Positions 19,994 through 30,610 of a stretch of DNA of 64,000 nt are shown piece after piece. This DNA is from Alphaproteobacteria bacterium (GTDB lineage: Bacteria; Pseudomonadota; Alphaproteobacteria; Bin95): assembly GCA_965205265.1 (NCBI GenBank), contig CBDBGH010000003.1, positions 4,320,001 to 4,384,000 on the forward strand, written 5' to 3'. The notes under the pieces were generated by a model. The model saw only the letters and a program-made list of their open reading frames with translations. It was not told where the DNA came from and did not search any database. Position 1 is the stretch's first letter, and each line of letters opens with the position of its first letter. The translations under genes and the position numbers were made by a program.

Positions 19994-21909
19994 CCTGACT
20001 TCGACGGTTGGGCTGACTTCTGACCGATCTCGCGTCTGGAGTTTTCAGTAAAGCCAATGAGTTGGCAGTTGCGGTGCGGTCAAGCTGCGTTGTAGTGCCT
20101 AGTAAATCTTTGAGACTGTCAATGCCTCCGCCACGCGCTACACTCCCCCCATGTTCGTGCGCATCAAGACCTCCCCCAACAGCCCGCGACGCTCGGTCCA
20201 GATCGTCGAGGCCGTGCGCGACGGCGGCAAGGTCCGACAGCGCATCGTCCGCCATGTCGGCGTGGCCATGGACGAGGACGAGCTCGAGCGCCTGAGGCAG
20301 CTCGGCGAGTACGTCAAGGCGAAGCTGGAGGACGAGCGTCAGCCGGCATTGTTTGCGCCCGAGAAGATCGCTGAGCAGGCGATCCGTGTCGGCCGCCGGG
20401 GGGACGGCAAGGAGGAACTCCCGGTCGACCTCAAGCAGCTTGAAGAGGAGCAGCGCCTGATCACAGGCATCCACGAGGTCTATGGCGAGATCTACCGGCT
20501 GCTGGGCCTCGACGCGCTGCTGCCGCGCTCGCGCTACCGGGCCTCCCATGACGCGCTGTTCCATGTGGTGATGGCGCGGGTAGCCAACCCCGACAGCAAG
20601 CGGGGCAGCGTGCGCCGGCTCGAGGAGGACTTCGGCGTGAGTCTTCCGCTCGAGAAGGTCTACCGGATGATGGATCAGCTCGACGCGACGGTGATCGAGC
20701 GACTGCGCACGCGCGTCGGCGAGGCGAGCCGGTCGCTGCTGCCGGAGCCGGTCGCGATCCTCTTCTTCGATTGCACCACGCTCTACTTCGAGACGGCCGC
20801 CGAGGACGAGCTTCGCCAGCACGGCTTCAGCAAGGACGGCAAACACAAGGACTCGCAGGTTCTGCTGGCGCTGATGGTGACGCGCGAAGGGCTGCCGATC
20901 AGCTACGAGGTCTTCCCCGGCGCCACCTACGAGGGACACAGCATGGTCCCGGTCCTGCAGGACATGCAGCGCCGCCACCAGGTGGAGCGCACGGTATGCG
21001 TGGCCGACCGGGGCATGCTGAGCGCCGACAACCTCGACGCCATGGACGCCATCGGCGGCGAGTATGTCGTCGGCGCGCGGCTGCGCAAGCTGCCGCTCGC
21101 GCTGCTGGGGCAGGTTCTCGACCCCGGGACCTATGCCCCGCTGGAGGGCTCACAGGACCGCCGGGTCGGCGAGTGGGAGTACAAGGGCCGTCGCCTGATC
21201 GTCGTCTTCTGCCCCCAGCGCGCACGCAAGGACGCGCACGAGCGCCGCCATCAGGTGGAACGCCTGCTCGACAGGCTGGCCCGCAGCGACAATCCCAGGG
21301 AACTGCTCTCCAATCACGGGGCGAAGCGCTTCATCGCCGTCGAGGGCGACGCACGGCTCACGGTGAACCCGGAGAAGATCGCCGAGGCCGCACGATGGGA
21401 CGGGCTCACCGGCGTCATCACCAATCTGCGCGACGCGCGCGTCACCGAAGTGATGGCTCACTACCAGGGGCTCTGGCAGGTCGAGGAGAGCTTCCGGATC
21501 ACCAAACACGACCTGAAGATACGTCCCATCTGGCACTGGAACCCGGACCGGATCCGCGCTCACATCGCCATCGCCTTCCTGGCCTTCGCCTGCGTTCGAC
21601 ACCTTGCGTACCGCGTCGCCATCCAGAAGCGGCGGATGTCCCCGGAGGTCATCCGCTCCGCCCTCGTCCACCGCCAGTGCTCCCTGCTGCGCTGTCGGCA
21701 ATCGGGCAACCGCTACGTCATCCCCTCGAAGCCGACACCGGCGGCGGAGCAGATTTACGCAACCATGGGGCTGCCCCTGACGATCACCCCGTATCAACTC
21801 GCCTGACCGTCGACGAAGCACGGCTCGAAGAAATGCCGGATGTAGTGCCTAGCCGAAATGAGAACCAGGCAATATCAACTACTTATGCGAATCAACCGTC
21901 GAAGTCAGG
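19994..21909 (+). mobile_element. IS1634-family element, copy 1 (1916 bp)
   Basis: 17-bp terminal IRs CCTGACTTCGACGGTTG/CAACCGTCGAAGTCAGG; same ends as copy 2. Confidence 0.93.
20151..21806 (+). CDS. IS1634 family transposase
   Basis: FFDCTTLYF, GFSKDGK, VADRGM, Y..LWQVEESFR..K.DL.IRP, RIRAH motifs. Confidence 0.93.
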   Translation: MFVRIKTSPNSPRRSVQIVEAVRDGGKVRQRIVRHVGVAMDEDELERLRQLGEYVKAKLEDERQPALFAPEKIAEQAIRVGRRGDGKEELPVDLKQLEEEQRLITGIHEVYGEIYRLLGLDALLPRSRYRASHDALFHVVMARVANPDSKRGSVRRLEEDFGVSLPLEKVYRMMDQLDATVIERLRTRVGEASRSLLPEPVAILFFDCTTLYFETAAEDELRQHGFSKDGKHKDSQVLLALMVTREGLPISYEVFPGATYEGHSMVPVLQDMQRRHQVERTVCVADRGMLSADNLDAMDAIGGEYVVGARLRKLPLALLGQVLDPGTYAPLEGSQDRRVGEWEYKGRRLIVVFCPQRARKDAHERRHQVERLLDRLARSDNPRELLSNHGAKRFIAVEGDARLTVNPEKIAEAARWDGLTGVITNLRDARVTEVMAHYQGLWQVEESFRITKHDLKIRPIWHWNPDRIRAHIAIAFLAFACVRHLAYRVAIQKRRMSPEVIRSALVHRQCSLLRCRQSGNRYVIPSKPTPAAEQIYATMGLPLTITPYQLA

Positions 21910-22437
21910 TCGCCCTCGGCTTCCTTCCTGTCTTCCTCCGCCGCGTCCCGCTCGGCCTCCAGCGCTTCGATGGCCGCGGGCTTGGCCACGGGCTCCCCCT
22001 TGGGAACCAGCGACTCGTCGTATGTCCTGCCCTGGAGTTCCTCCGCCCCCTTGCGCAGGTACGTGCGGCCCGCCCAGTAGGCGACGTGGAACAGCTCGCG
22101 CAGGACGGCGAGGGCGGTCTCGGGCGTCGGCGTCTTGTTGCCGTGCACGGCCACGTTGCCCGCACGCCGGATATACTCGGCCTTTTGCCATACGGCCTCG
22201 GGCGCCAGCGCTTGGAACGCCGGCTCATGAAGGTAGGCGTCCAGGTTGGTGGTCTGCGGCGGGCTCAGGGCCTTGTCGACTTTGTAGATGCGTTTCAGCA
22301 GCCGCTCCAACGCAAGCCGGGCGTGGAAGCAGGACGCCCGCGGATCGCCATGGACGTGACGCTCCGCGTAGCTTGCGCTCTCCGCCACATGCACGAATTC
22401 CTGCTCCAGGAACGCGAAGTTGGCGGAGGTCTCCATT
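21910..22437 (-). pseudogene. hsdR: duplicated 5' end of hsdR (right copy of the target duplication), truncated by the IS
   Basis: METSANFAFL...RKEAEG matches the HsdR N-terminus, then reads into the IS and stops at 21879. Confidence 0.92.
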
Positions 22438-22440
22438 TAG

Positions 22441-23616
22441 CTAGAGTTCCCCTTTGAAGGCGCGTGATTGCAGGGAGGCGAAGAGGGTATCGAGTTCATC
22501 CAAGTGTGCGCGCTGCTTGGCTTTTTGCCGTTCAACGGATTCGACGATGGTGGCGAAGCGGCGTTGGAGATCGATGGGTGGCTTCAGAACGAAAATTTTC
22601 TGCATCGCCTTCGCATCAAATCTGCGCGTACCATGAGCGGCGCTTGAAACCTCAGATAGTATTTGTCTCTTAAGCTGGCCTACGCACTCCAGTAAGAAAT
22701 CGACTCGATAGGCATCTGATGGATAAATTGCCTTCATGTCCTGGTTAACGGCAACCGGAACCCGGTTAATTGCCGCTGGGAACGAATGTGCGAGGATCAT
22801 CCCCCGCACCACGATCAATAGGTGGCCAGATGGCAAGAGCTTGAGATTTGTCTCCTCAAACACCGAATCGCTCACATAGTCTTGAGAGCCATAGATCTGA
22901 GAAACCTTCATGTCCTTAGGGCTAACCCAAGGAGTGGTGCCAACCCAATAATCTTCTCGCGCCTTGCTGGGAGTGGCGCCGCTTATAAACTCGCCAATGT
23001 CCACGAATTTTACAGTATCCCACCCCATTGAATTTTTGACGGGATCACCGAACATGTCGAGGAATGTCGATTGGAGGAGGGTGTCGAGTTGCGCGAGGGA
23101 CTCGCGGCGTTTAGCCCGCAGGTCGTCTGCCGCGTCCAGGATCGCCGCAATCCGCTTTTGCTCCTCAAGCGGCGGGAGGGGTAATTGGAGTTTCCTAAAA
23201 CTTGAAATATTGAAACTCGATTGGTTCACTGAATGCTTCGTAATTCGGGGTAACTGCCTCCGAAAACTAGGTGATGACAACATTCTGTATGCGTACCGGG
23301 AATCCACCTCAGCCTGATCAGCCCTAAGCACCAGGAGATTCATCCCGTGAACAAGATCCGTCGGCTCTCCCTCATAGATAGCGCACTTTCCCAAGTGTTT
23401 TGTGCTGTTGATATGGCTGATGAGGATGTCTCCAGGCTGGAGGAGCCAGTCACTGCAATCCGTCTTCGCCAAGCCCGCAAACCCAACTTTGTCAGGGTCG
23501 ATGGTGCCGTCTGCGATTGTCTCGATGCGAGTAATCGGTAGACCGCCAGCACCAGAAGATTGCCGAACTGACTTTCCGTTCCGAAGTAGAACTGCGATTT
23601 CAGAGACAGAGTTCAT
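22441..23616 (-). CDS. hsdS: type I R-M specificity subunit
   Basis: LPPLEEQKRIAAIL and PPIDLQRRFA conserved repeats flanking two TRDs; ends AFKGEL; visibly lower GC. Confidence 0.93.
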   Translation of the reverse strand: MNSVSEIAVLLRNGKSVRQSSGAGGLPITRIETIADGTIDPDKVGFAGLAKTDCSDWLLQPGDILISHINSTKHLGKCAIYEGEPTDLVHGMNLLVLRADQAEVDSRYAYRMLSSPSFRRQLPRITKHSVNQSSFNISSFRKLQLPLPPLEEQKRIAAILDAADDLRAKRRESLAQLDTLLQSTFLDMFGDPVKNSMGWDTVKFVDIGEFISGATPSKAREDYWVGTTPWVSPKDMKVSQIYGSQDYVSDSVFEETNLKLLPSGHLLIVVRGMILAHSFPAAINRVPVAVNQDMKAIYPSDAYRVDFLLECVGQLKRQILSEVSSAAHGTRRFDAKAMQKIFVLKPPIDLQRRFATIVESVERQKAKQRAHLDELDTLFASLQSRAFKGEL

Positions 23617-24852
23617 GTTGTCAACATCTCCTCCAACTCCGCACGTCCCTTTGTGATTTCGTCCTCTAGCTCCGCTAGACGACCCAAGATTTCCTCCGGC
23701 GGGTCATACTCCACTGCTTCATACTCGATCTCCTTGTATCGGTTGATCGAGAGGTCGTAGTCGTTGTCAGCGATTTCATCTTTGGGCACGAGAAAACTCT
23801 GATCGGTCCGCTTGCGTTCAGCCTCGTTATTGCGGCCCCGCCAACGGGTGAGGATGTCGGCTAGATCGCTCTTGTCGGGCTCAGGCGTGCGCTTGTCGTC
23901 GAGCGAATATCCATCCGCCTGCATGTCGTAGAACCAGACGTTGTCCGTCCCCCCGGAGTTGGTCTTGGTGAACAGCAGGATGGCCGTGGAGACGCCCGCG
24001 TAGGGTTTGAACACGCCCGACGGCATGGAGATCACCGCATCGAGTTTCTGGTCCTCGACCAGAATCCTGCACAGGGCCTTGTGCGCCTTGCTCGATCCGA
24101 ACAGCACCCCGTCCGGCACGATGACGGCGGCGCGCCCGCCGGTCTGGAGCAACCGCAGGAAAAGAGCGAGGAACAGCAGTTCGGTCTTCTTGGTCTTGAC
24201 GGCCCGTTGCAAATCCTTGGCGGTCGACTCGTAGTCGAGACTGCCGGCGAAGGGCGGATTGGCGAGAACCAGGGAATACTTCTCCGCGTCGTCGTCATCT
24301 GCCTCGGCCAGCGAGTCCCGGTAGCGGATATCCGGGTTTTCCACCCCGTGCAGCAGCATGTTCATGCTGCCGATGCGCAGCATGGTGCTGTCGAAGTCGT
24401 AGCCGTGGAACGTATGATCGTTAAAGCGCCTGCGGGCACCCTCGTCCTTGTAAATGGTGTCGCTGTGGTTTTCGACGAGGTGCTCCGAGGCGGCGATCAG
24501 GAAGCCTGCCGTGCCGCAGGCCGGATCGCAGATCACGTCCTTGGGCGTGGGCGCGGTCATGTCGACCATCAGCTTGATGATGTGGCGCGGGGTTCGAAAT
24601 TGCCCGTTCTGTCCCGCCGTGGCGATCTTGCCCAGCATGTATTCGTAGAGATCGCCCTTGGTGTCCCTGTCGGCCATGTCGATGCCGTCCAACTGATCGA
24701 CTGCGCGTTTCAGTAAGTCCCGGCCGGTGATTACGGAAAGTCCCGGCCGGCGATTCCGGAAAGTCCCGGCCGGCATGACCGGGGCGATTTGAGTTCGGCT
24801 TTCGGGTGCGCCGACTCGGCGTCTACCCCCTGGCATTTTGCCGGGGGGTGGC

Positions 24853-26406
24853 ATGCCGGGACGGAAGCAGACGAGACGAACGACAGTGAAGGACGTCAGG
24901 GCGATCCTGCGGCTGAGCCATGGGCAGGGTCTGTCGGAGCGCGAGGTCGCGGGGCGGCTGAAGCTCTCCAGGGCGACGGTGTCGACCTATCTTCTTCGGG
25001 CCCGGGAGGCGGGCCTGTCGAGCTGGCCGCTGCCGGCGGTCTACGAGGACGACGCGGTGCTGGAACAGTTGCTGTTCCGGCGCATGGGCCGCCCGCCGCG
25101 GGATACGCGCCAGCCGCACTGGCCGACGGTGGCGGCCGAGCTGAAGCGCAAGGGCGTGACGCTGAGCCTGCTGTGGCAGGAATACCGGGCCGCGCATCCG
25201 GACGGCTACGGCTATACCTGGTTCTGCGACGCCTTCAGGGCCTTCGAGCGCCGCACGCATGCGAGCTGGCGCAACCGGCACGAGGCCGGCGCGGTGATGC
25301 AGACCGACTATGCCGGCCAGACGGTCGAGATCGTCGATCCCGAGACCGGCGAGATCCACGAGGCGCAGATCTTCGTCGCGGTGCTCGGCGCCTCGTCCTA
25401 CACCTTCGCGACCGCGAGCCTGACGCAGCGCCTGCCGGACTGGATCGCTGGGCAATGCGAAGCGCTGGCCTTCTTTGGGGGCGTGCCGAAAAGCATTGTC
25501 TGCGACAACCTGAAGGCGGGGGTGGCGAAGCCGCTCTGGTTCGAGCCGACGCTGAACGCGACCTTCGCGGCGCTGGCGGAGCACTACGACACCACCGTCC
25601 TGCCGACGCGGCCCCGAAAACCCCGGGACAAGGCGAAGGTCGAGGTTGGCGTGCAAGTGGTCGAGCGCTGGATCCTGGCCCGCCTCAGGAACCGGCGCTT
25701 CTTCTCCCTCGGGCAGCTCAACGCGGCGATCCGCGTCCTCCTGGACGAACTCAACGACCGGCCCATGCGCCATCTCGGCCAGAGCCGGCGCCAGATGTTC
25801 GAGGCCATCGAGCGCGCCGCGCTGGCGCCGCTGCCGAAGACCCCCTTCGAATACGCCGAGTGGAAGACCGCGAAGGTCCACCCCGACTACCATGTCGATG
25901 TCGAGCGCACCTTCTACTCGGTCCCTCACAGCCTGATCGGGCGCACGGTTCGGATCCGCCTCACCCGGCGCACGGTCGAGGTCTTCCATAGCCACAGGCG
26001 CGTCGCCGCCCATGCACGCCGGTCTCCCTATGGCGGGCATGTCACCGTTGCCGCTCATATGCCCAGCGCGCATCGCCGCTATGCCGATCGCACCCCGGCA
26101 AGCCTGATCGGCAGGGCAAGACGCATCGGCCCCAACACGGCCGTGCTGGTCGAGCGCATGATGCGCGACAGGCCGCATCCCGAGCAGGGCTATCGAAGCG
26201 CCATGGGCGTCATATCGCTCTCCCGGCGATACGAGGCCGAAAGGGTCGAGGCCGCCTGCGAGCGCGCGCTCACCATCAATGCGCTCAGCTACTCCTCGCT
26301 CACCGCCATCCTCCGGTCCGGCCTCGACCGCGCCGCGCCCGAGCGTGAGCCCCTCCTGCCCCTGCCGGCGCACGACAACATCCGCGGCCCCGCCTACTAC
26401 CGATGA
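24853..26406 (+). CDS. istA: IS21 transposase
   Basis: [19 protein letters not shown] motifs. Confidence 0.93.
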   Translation: MPGRKQTRRTTVKDVRAILRLSHGQGLSEREVAGRLKLSRATVSTYLLRAREAGLSSWPLPAVYEDDAVLEQLLFRRMGRPPRDTRQPHWPTVAAELKRKGVTLSLLWQEYRAAHPDGYGYTWFCDAFRAFERRTHASWRNRHEAGAVMQTDYAGQTVEIVDPETGEIHEAQIFVAVLGASSYTFATASLTQRLPDWIAGQCEALAFFGGVPKSIVCDNLKAGVAKPLWFEPTLNATFAALAEHYDTTVLPTRPRKPRDKAKVEVGVQVVERWILARLRNRRFFSLGQLNAAIRVLLDELNDRPMRHLGQSRRQMFEAIERAALAPLPKTPFEYAEWKTAKVHPDYHVDVERTFYSVPHSLIGRTVRIRLTRRTVEVFHSHRRVAAHARRSPYGGHVTVAAHMPSAHRRYADRTPASLIGRARRIGPNTAVLVERMMRDRPHPEQGYRSAMGVISLSRRYEAERVEAACERALTINALSYSSLTAILRSGLDRAAPEREPLLPLPAHDNIRGPAYYR

Positions 26407-26420
26407 ACGAAGGACTTCCC

Positions 26421-27197
26421 ATGCTGACACATCCGACCCTCGACCAGATGCACGCCCTTGGCCTCAAGGGTATGGCCGAAGCCTGGCGCGACATGGCCGA
26501 AAAGGGCCAGGCATCCGAACTCGACCGCGAGGAATGGCTCGCCCTCATGCTCGACCGCGAAGCCGCAACACGCGCCGACAGGCGGCTCACCAACCGCCTC
26601 CGGCTGGCCAGGCTGCGCTTCCCCGAGGCCTGCATCGAGGATATCGACTTCGATCCCGCCCGCGGCCTCGATCGCCGCAATATCCTCTCCCTCGCCCAGG
26701 GCGAATGGCTCAAGACCCACGACAATCTGATCCTGGTCGGCCAGACCGGTACCGGAAAGACCTGGCTCGCATGCGCCTTCGGACATCAGGCCGCAAGGCT
26801 CGACCGCTCTGTCCTCTATGTCCGCATGCCCCGTCTCTTCGAGGACCTCGCCATGGCCCGCCTCGACGGAAGGCTCCCCAGGCTCATCGACAAGCTCGCA
26901 AGGGTCCAGCTCCTCATCCTCGACGACTGGGGTACACACGGCCTCGCCGACCGCCAGAGGCTCGATCTCCTCGAAATCTGCGAAGAACGATACCGTCGGC
27001 GGTCCACCCTCATCACCGCACAGCTCCCCGTCGCCAAATGGCACGACCTCATCGGCGAAGCCACCGTCGCTGACGCCATCCTCGACCGGATCGTCCACAA
27101 CGCCCACCGCATCGACCTGAAAGGCGAAAGCATGCGAAGGAAAAACGCCAGGCCCGACTTGACCCCGGCCGCCGCCGCGGAAGACAATCCCGGCTGA
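26421..27197 (+). CDS. istB: IS21 helper ATPase
   Basis: [22 protein letters not shown] motifs. Confidence 0.93.
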   Translation: MLTHPTLDQMHALGLKGMAEAWRDMAEKGQASELDREEWLALMLDREAATRADRRLTNRLRLARLRFPEACIEDIDFDPARGLDRRNILSLAQGEWLKTHDNLILVGQTGTGKTWLACAFGHQAARLDRSVLYVRMPRLFEDLAMARLDGRLPRLIDKLARVQLLILDDWGTHGLADRQRLDLLEICEERYRRRSTLITAQLPVAKWHDLIGEATVADAILDRIVHNAHRIDLKGESMRRKNARPDLTPAAAAEDNPG

Positions 27198-27844
27198 CCA
27201 AAACCAGGCGCCCGGAGCCACGCTCAAGGCCGGCCGCGACTTAATGAAATCCGCGGCCGGGACTTAGTGAAATACCCGGCCGGAATCACTGAAATCCGCA
27301 GATCGACCACGTTGGCGAGTACCCGGGCCGTGGGCATCATGAACAGCGCGTCCTTCATGTGATGGGTGTAGGTCGAGCCGCCCTCGCCGCCCGCTTCCCC
27401 ATTGCCGCCGAGGGACTTGATGAACGGGAACACCCCGTCCCGGACCGTCTCGAACATTCGCTCCGGCGCGGTCTCCTTGAAGCGGGACCAGCGGAGATGT
27501 TCCTGACCGGGCGAAAAGATGGGCTCCTCGATGGGCGTCTTCGTCCGGTTTGCCTTGGCCTCTTTCAGGGTATGCAGTTCGTCCAGGCGCTTGATGAACA
27601 ACAGGTAGGTAAGCTGCTCGATGACCGAGAGCGGATTGGAGATGCCGCCCGACCACATGGTGTCCCATATGCGGTCGACCTTCGACCTGAGTTCCCCGGT
27701 GATCATCGTTCGTTACCTTCCTTAGTTTCTTTGATTCAAGATACCTCAAATCCGGCGAAGCGTACCGCGCCGCCTGCCGCCTTCAGCGCCCTCTGCGGGC
27801 ACCCTTAGCCGATCGAAGGAGATCTCTCTCGGAAATGTCGTGCA

Positions 27845-28003
27845 GATAGATCGCCTGCAGCCCCATCAGGCGCATCAGCAGCGCGCCCCATCGGCAGCCG
27901 ACTCGCACGAGCTGGCGGCGCAGATGAAGCGGCATGCTGCGGGTGCCGTAAAACGGATACTTCACGCAAGAGCTCGTCGATCCGGCGAATCGGCGTCAGC
28001 GTC
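27845..28003 (-). pseudogene. degenerate IS3-family orfB fragment
   Basis: RRIDEL / KYPFYGTRSM...LMRLMGLQAIY with a frameshift; matches the IS3 orfB N-terminal pattern. Confidence 0.7.
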
Positions 28004-28005
28004 GG

Positions 28006-28296
28006 TCATGGCGGCTCTTTCTTGGCGGCATTCATGATCGCGTCGATATCGACGGGCGATATGTCCTCTCTCGACGAAGGCCGGCGATCGCCGGGGTCTA
28101 TCGTCAACGGGAGGTCCAAGGCTGCAAGGGTACGGAGAACCAGACCGAGCTCGGCACGGCACTTGCCGTGCTCAATGGCCACGACCCATTGCCGCCCGAC
28201 CCCCGCTTTGCGGGCGAACTCGGTCTGGCTCAGCTTGAGCTTGCGGCGCCTGTCGCGGATGGCCAGACCGAGGTCCAGGGGAGTTCGGATCTGCAT
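28006..28296 (-). CDS. HipB-like XRE antitoxin (orphan)
   Basis: IRTPLDLGLAIRDRRRKLKLSQ...VGRQWVVAIEHGK..AELGLVL; stop overlaps an ATG (ATGA) of a gene that is cut off. Confidence 0.8.
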   Translation of the reverse strand: MQIRTPLDLGLAIRDRRRKLKLSQTEFARKAGVGRQWVVAIEHGKCRAELGLVLRTLAALDLPLTIDPGDRRPSSREDISPVDIDAIMNAAKKEPP

Positions 28297-28809
28297 GATG
28301 GTCCGATGTCGTTGGCCGGCTGTTGCCCGGCTCAGTGCTTGAACGCCGATCAGCGCCATAAGCGATTGATCGCATTCGATCGTGAAGGGTCAGAGCCCGG
28401 TGCTTAACGACACTCGCCGCCCTGCGCCGTCTGCTGGACTGGACGGCCGGCGCCGCCGAAACGCCGCCCGAGCGCTTCGGCGGCTCGATGCACTGAGCCG
28501 GGGAGCGTTCGTCACCCCGGCGAACACGTTCGCCTGCGCCAGCCGGGCCGCTGCCGCAGGGAGGAACGGCGTGCGGACTTGAGCGCGGTCAGCGCCGGCT
28601 GGTGGCAGCCAGTCGGAGGTATCCGGATTTCCGGGCCGCTTCGGTCGGGGTTGAAGGCTTCTCTATCGAACACCGATGCGTTGCCGACAAATCCACGCCT
28701 GCCGGCTGTCCGGCGTCGTTGACGGCGGTCGGAGCCAACCATAGTCTCGCCGGCCTGATCGGCGATGCCGGCCCGACCGGATATCGACACGGGGAACAGG
28801 TGTCTGGAC

Positions 28810-29148
28810 ATGAACGACCGGACCGGCTTCGGCCCGGTGATTTCCCGGCTCCGCAAGGCGAAGGGGCTGAGCCAGAAGGACCTCGCCGCGCGCATCAGGC
28901 GCGAGGACGGCGCTGCGATCTCGCCGCAATACCTGAACGATATCGAACGCGGGCGCCGCAACGCGCCTCCCGATCATCTCGTCCGTCAGTTCGCCGAGGT
29001 TCTGGAAATCGACGCGGACTACCTCTTCTCGCTTGCAAACCGGCTGCCGGAGGACCTGCGGGACGACATCCAGGCGGGACGCCTGTCGGAGGACGACATA
29101 TCCGAAGTGATGATGGCGTTCCGCCGCCGGCGTGACACCCAGGACTGA
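28810..29148 (+). CDS. XRE HTH repressor, CapH-like
   Basis: RKAKGLSQKDLAARIRREDGAAISPQYLNDIERGRRN; directly upstream of a metallopeptidase. Confidence 0.82.
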   Translation: MNDRTGFGPVISRLRKAKGLSQKDLAARIRREDGAAISPQYLNDIERGRRNAPPDHLVRQFAEVLEIDADYLFSLANRLPEDLRDDIQAGRLSEDDISEVMMAFRRRRDTQD

Positions 29149-29167
29149 CCGGGGCCGGAAATCCGGA

Positions 29168-29851
29168 ATGATCCGATTGCGTCCGAGACGAATGGTCGAG
29201 GATGCCACCGGGCGTTTCCCGGCGCGGCCGGTCTTCGGGATAACGGACATGGATCACGACTGCGAGCGGATCGTCATGGACTTCCTGATGGCTCGCCACG
29301 GACAGGTTCGTTATCCGTTGGCGACCGACGACCTTACGGCGCTGATCGAGCGGGATACGGAGGACCTCGATCTCTACGCCGATCTCCGTCGGTATGGCGA
29401 CCATGTCGAGGGCGTGACGATCTTCAACCCGGGCGGCAAGCCGAGCGTGAAGATCAGCCGGGGTCTGACGGTCAGCCGGCGCCAGGTCAACCGGTACCGC
29501 AGCACGCTCGCCCACGAATACGCCCATGTCCTGCTGCACGCCCCTCTCTTCGACGATTCTGCCGGGCGACCGGTGTCGGAGCGAACGTCCCGTGGCGTGG
29601 ACTGGATGGAATGGCAGGCCAACTATGCCGCCTTTGCACTGCTGATGCCGAAGACCGGGCTGGCACTCGCGGTCGAGGAGCATGCCGACGAGTGGGTGAG
29701 ATATGCCCCGCCGCAAGCGGCCAGCGCCGAAGGCGTGAGCATGATCCGCGCGGTGAGCCGGCGCTTCGCCGTTTCCGGCGCCGCCGCTCGTATCCGGCTT
29801 GAGCAGCACTTCTATCTCCAGATTGAACGCCGGCACCCGGAAACAGTCTGA
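29168..29851 (+). CDS. ImmA/IrrE-family Zn metallopeptidase, CapP-like
   Basis: TLAHEYAH HExxH motif, EWQAN; N-terminal TGRFPARP and TDDLT.LIE...DLDLYADL...VEGVT.F pattern (recalled as CapP-like). Confidence 0.82.
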   Translation: MIRLRPRRMVEDATGRFPARPVFGITDMDHDCERIVMDFLMARHGQVRYPLATDDLTALIERDTEDLDLYADLRRYGDHVEGVTIFNPGGKPSVKISRGLTVSRRQVNRYRSTLAHEYAHVLLHAPLFDDSAGRPVSERTSRGVDWMEWQANYAAFALLMPKTGLALAVEEHADEWVRYAPPQAASAEGVSMIRAVSRRFAVSGAAARIRLEQHFYLQIERRHPETV

Positions 29852-29974
29852 AAAAAAGCGCGGCAAGGGGCTTGTGGTGCCTTGCGCAGGGATGCTACGC
29901 AATTACGCGGATATGCGGATACGCCGAAATCGGTAATGATTACTGCCATTGCCGGATGCAACGGAAGGAACGCC

Positions 29975-30610
29975 ATGACGCTTTCGCTCGCAGGCTTCGA
30001 CTACTTCTTCCATGCCCAAGAGACCACGGGCGGACTGGTCCGGACCGAGTGGTCGATCGCGCCCTCCGGGGAAATGGACGAAGACCAGGCGAAGCAGGAA
30101 ATGTGGGCGCTCGCCCACGCCCACGCCGATCTGCTCGACCGGACGTTCCAAGGCCTGGTCGAGGGACACCGCTCGCCAACCCTGGCGGCCGCACCGCAAT
30201 CGACCATGTTCACCTGGACTATCCGCTACACGCTCACCGAGATCGGGCGGCGACAAATCCGCTCGCGGCTCGCGGACATGTTCGGCCTCGACCGCATCGA
30301 CGGGCGCGGCGAGTTCGAGCGGGCGCAGACATTCGAAGCGGGGATCATCCTGCATGTGATGCGTGCCATCGTCGCCGGCCACCGCGACGATGCCAAGTTG
30401 TCCCTGAAGGTCGAGCACAAGCTGGGCCATGCCGTAAACGTCTGCCTGCTGAGGCATCTGCGAGAGACCGGCGGACTGGAGATCGATGCGGCAACCGCCG
30501 CTCAGATGGACCGGCTGGAAACCCTTCTGGCTGTCGTCGACGACCGCTGGACGCCCGAGTTCCCCGTCCCGTTTGCAAACCCGGACGCCCCTGCCGCTCC
30601 GGAATCCTGA
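29975..30610 (+). CDS. hypothetical protein (211 aa)
   Basis: AAGGAA RBS; protein-like composition; 24 bp upstream of the SPFH gene. Confidence 0.75.
   Translation: MTLSLAGFDYFFHAQETTGGLVRTEWSIAPSGEMDEDQAKQEMWALAHAHADLLDRTFQGLVEGHRSPTLAAAPQSTMFTWTIRYTLTEIGRRQIRSRLADMFGLDRIDGRGEFERAQTFEAGIILHVMRAIVAGHRDDAKLSLKVEHKLGHAVNVCLLRHLRETGGLEIDAATAAQMDRLETLLAVVDDRWTPEFPVPFANPDAPAAPES

Larger units (their letters stand above)
24702..27300 (+). mobile_element. IS21-family element
   Basis: TG...CA ends; repeated AAGTCCCGGCCGG motifs at the left end, inverted at the right end; 7-bp TSD GATCGAC (24695-24701 and 27301-27307). Confidence 0.93.
23613..27706 (-). pseudogene. hsdM: type I R-M methyltransferase interrupted by IS21
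   Basis: N-part MITGELRSKVDRIW...LANVVD (27706-27301) joins in frame to QLDGIDM...GQFRTP, DPACGTAG, NPPF (to 23613), giving 495 aa. Confidence 0.93.

Noticed and set aside
24711-24775. Regularly spaced AAGTCCCGGCCGG repeats resembling a mini-CRISPR or iterons
   Set aside because: They are IS21 terminal transposase-binding repeats, mirrored at 27228-27300. No CRISPR array or cas gene was seen in the window.
23613-24854. 413-aa ORF as an intact HsdM
   Set aside because: Its first part is translated IS21 end sequence; the true N-terminus lies at 27301-27706.
28380-28800. Small ORFs between hipB and the capH-like gene
   Set aside because: No RBS, motifs or convincing composition; treated as intergenic or decayed DNA.
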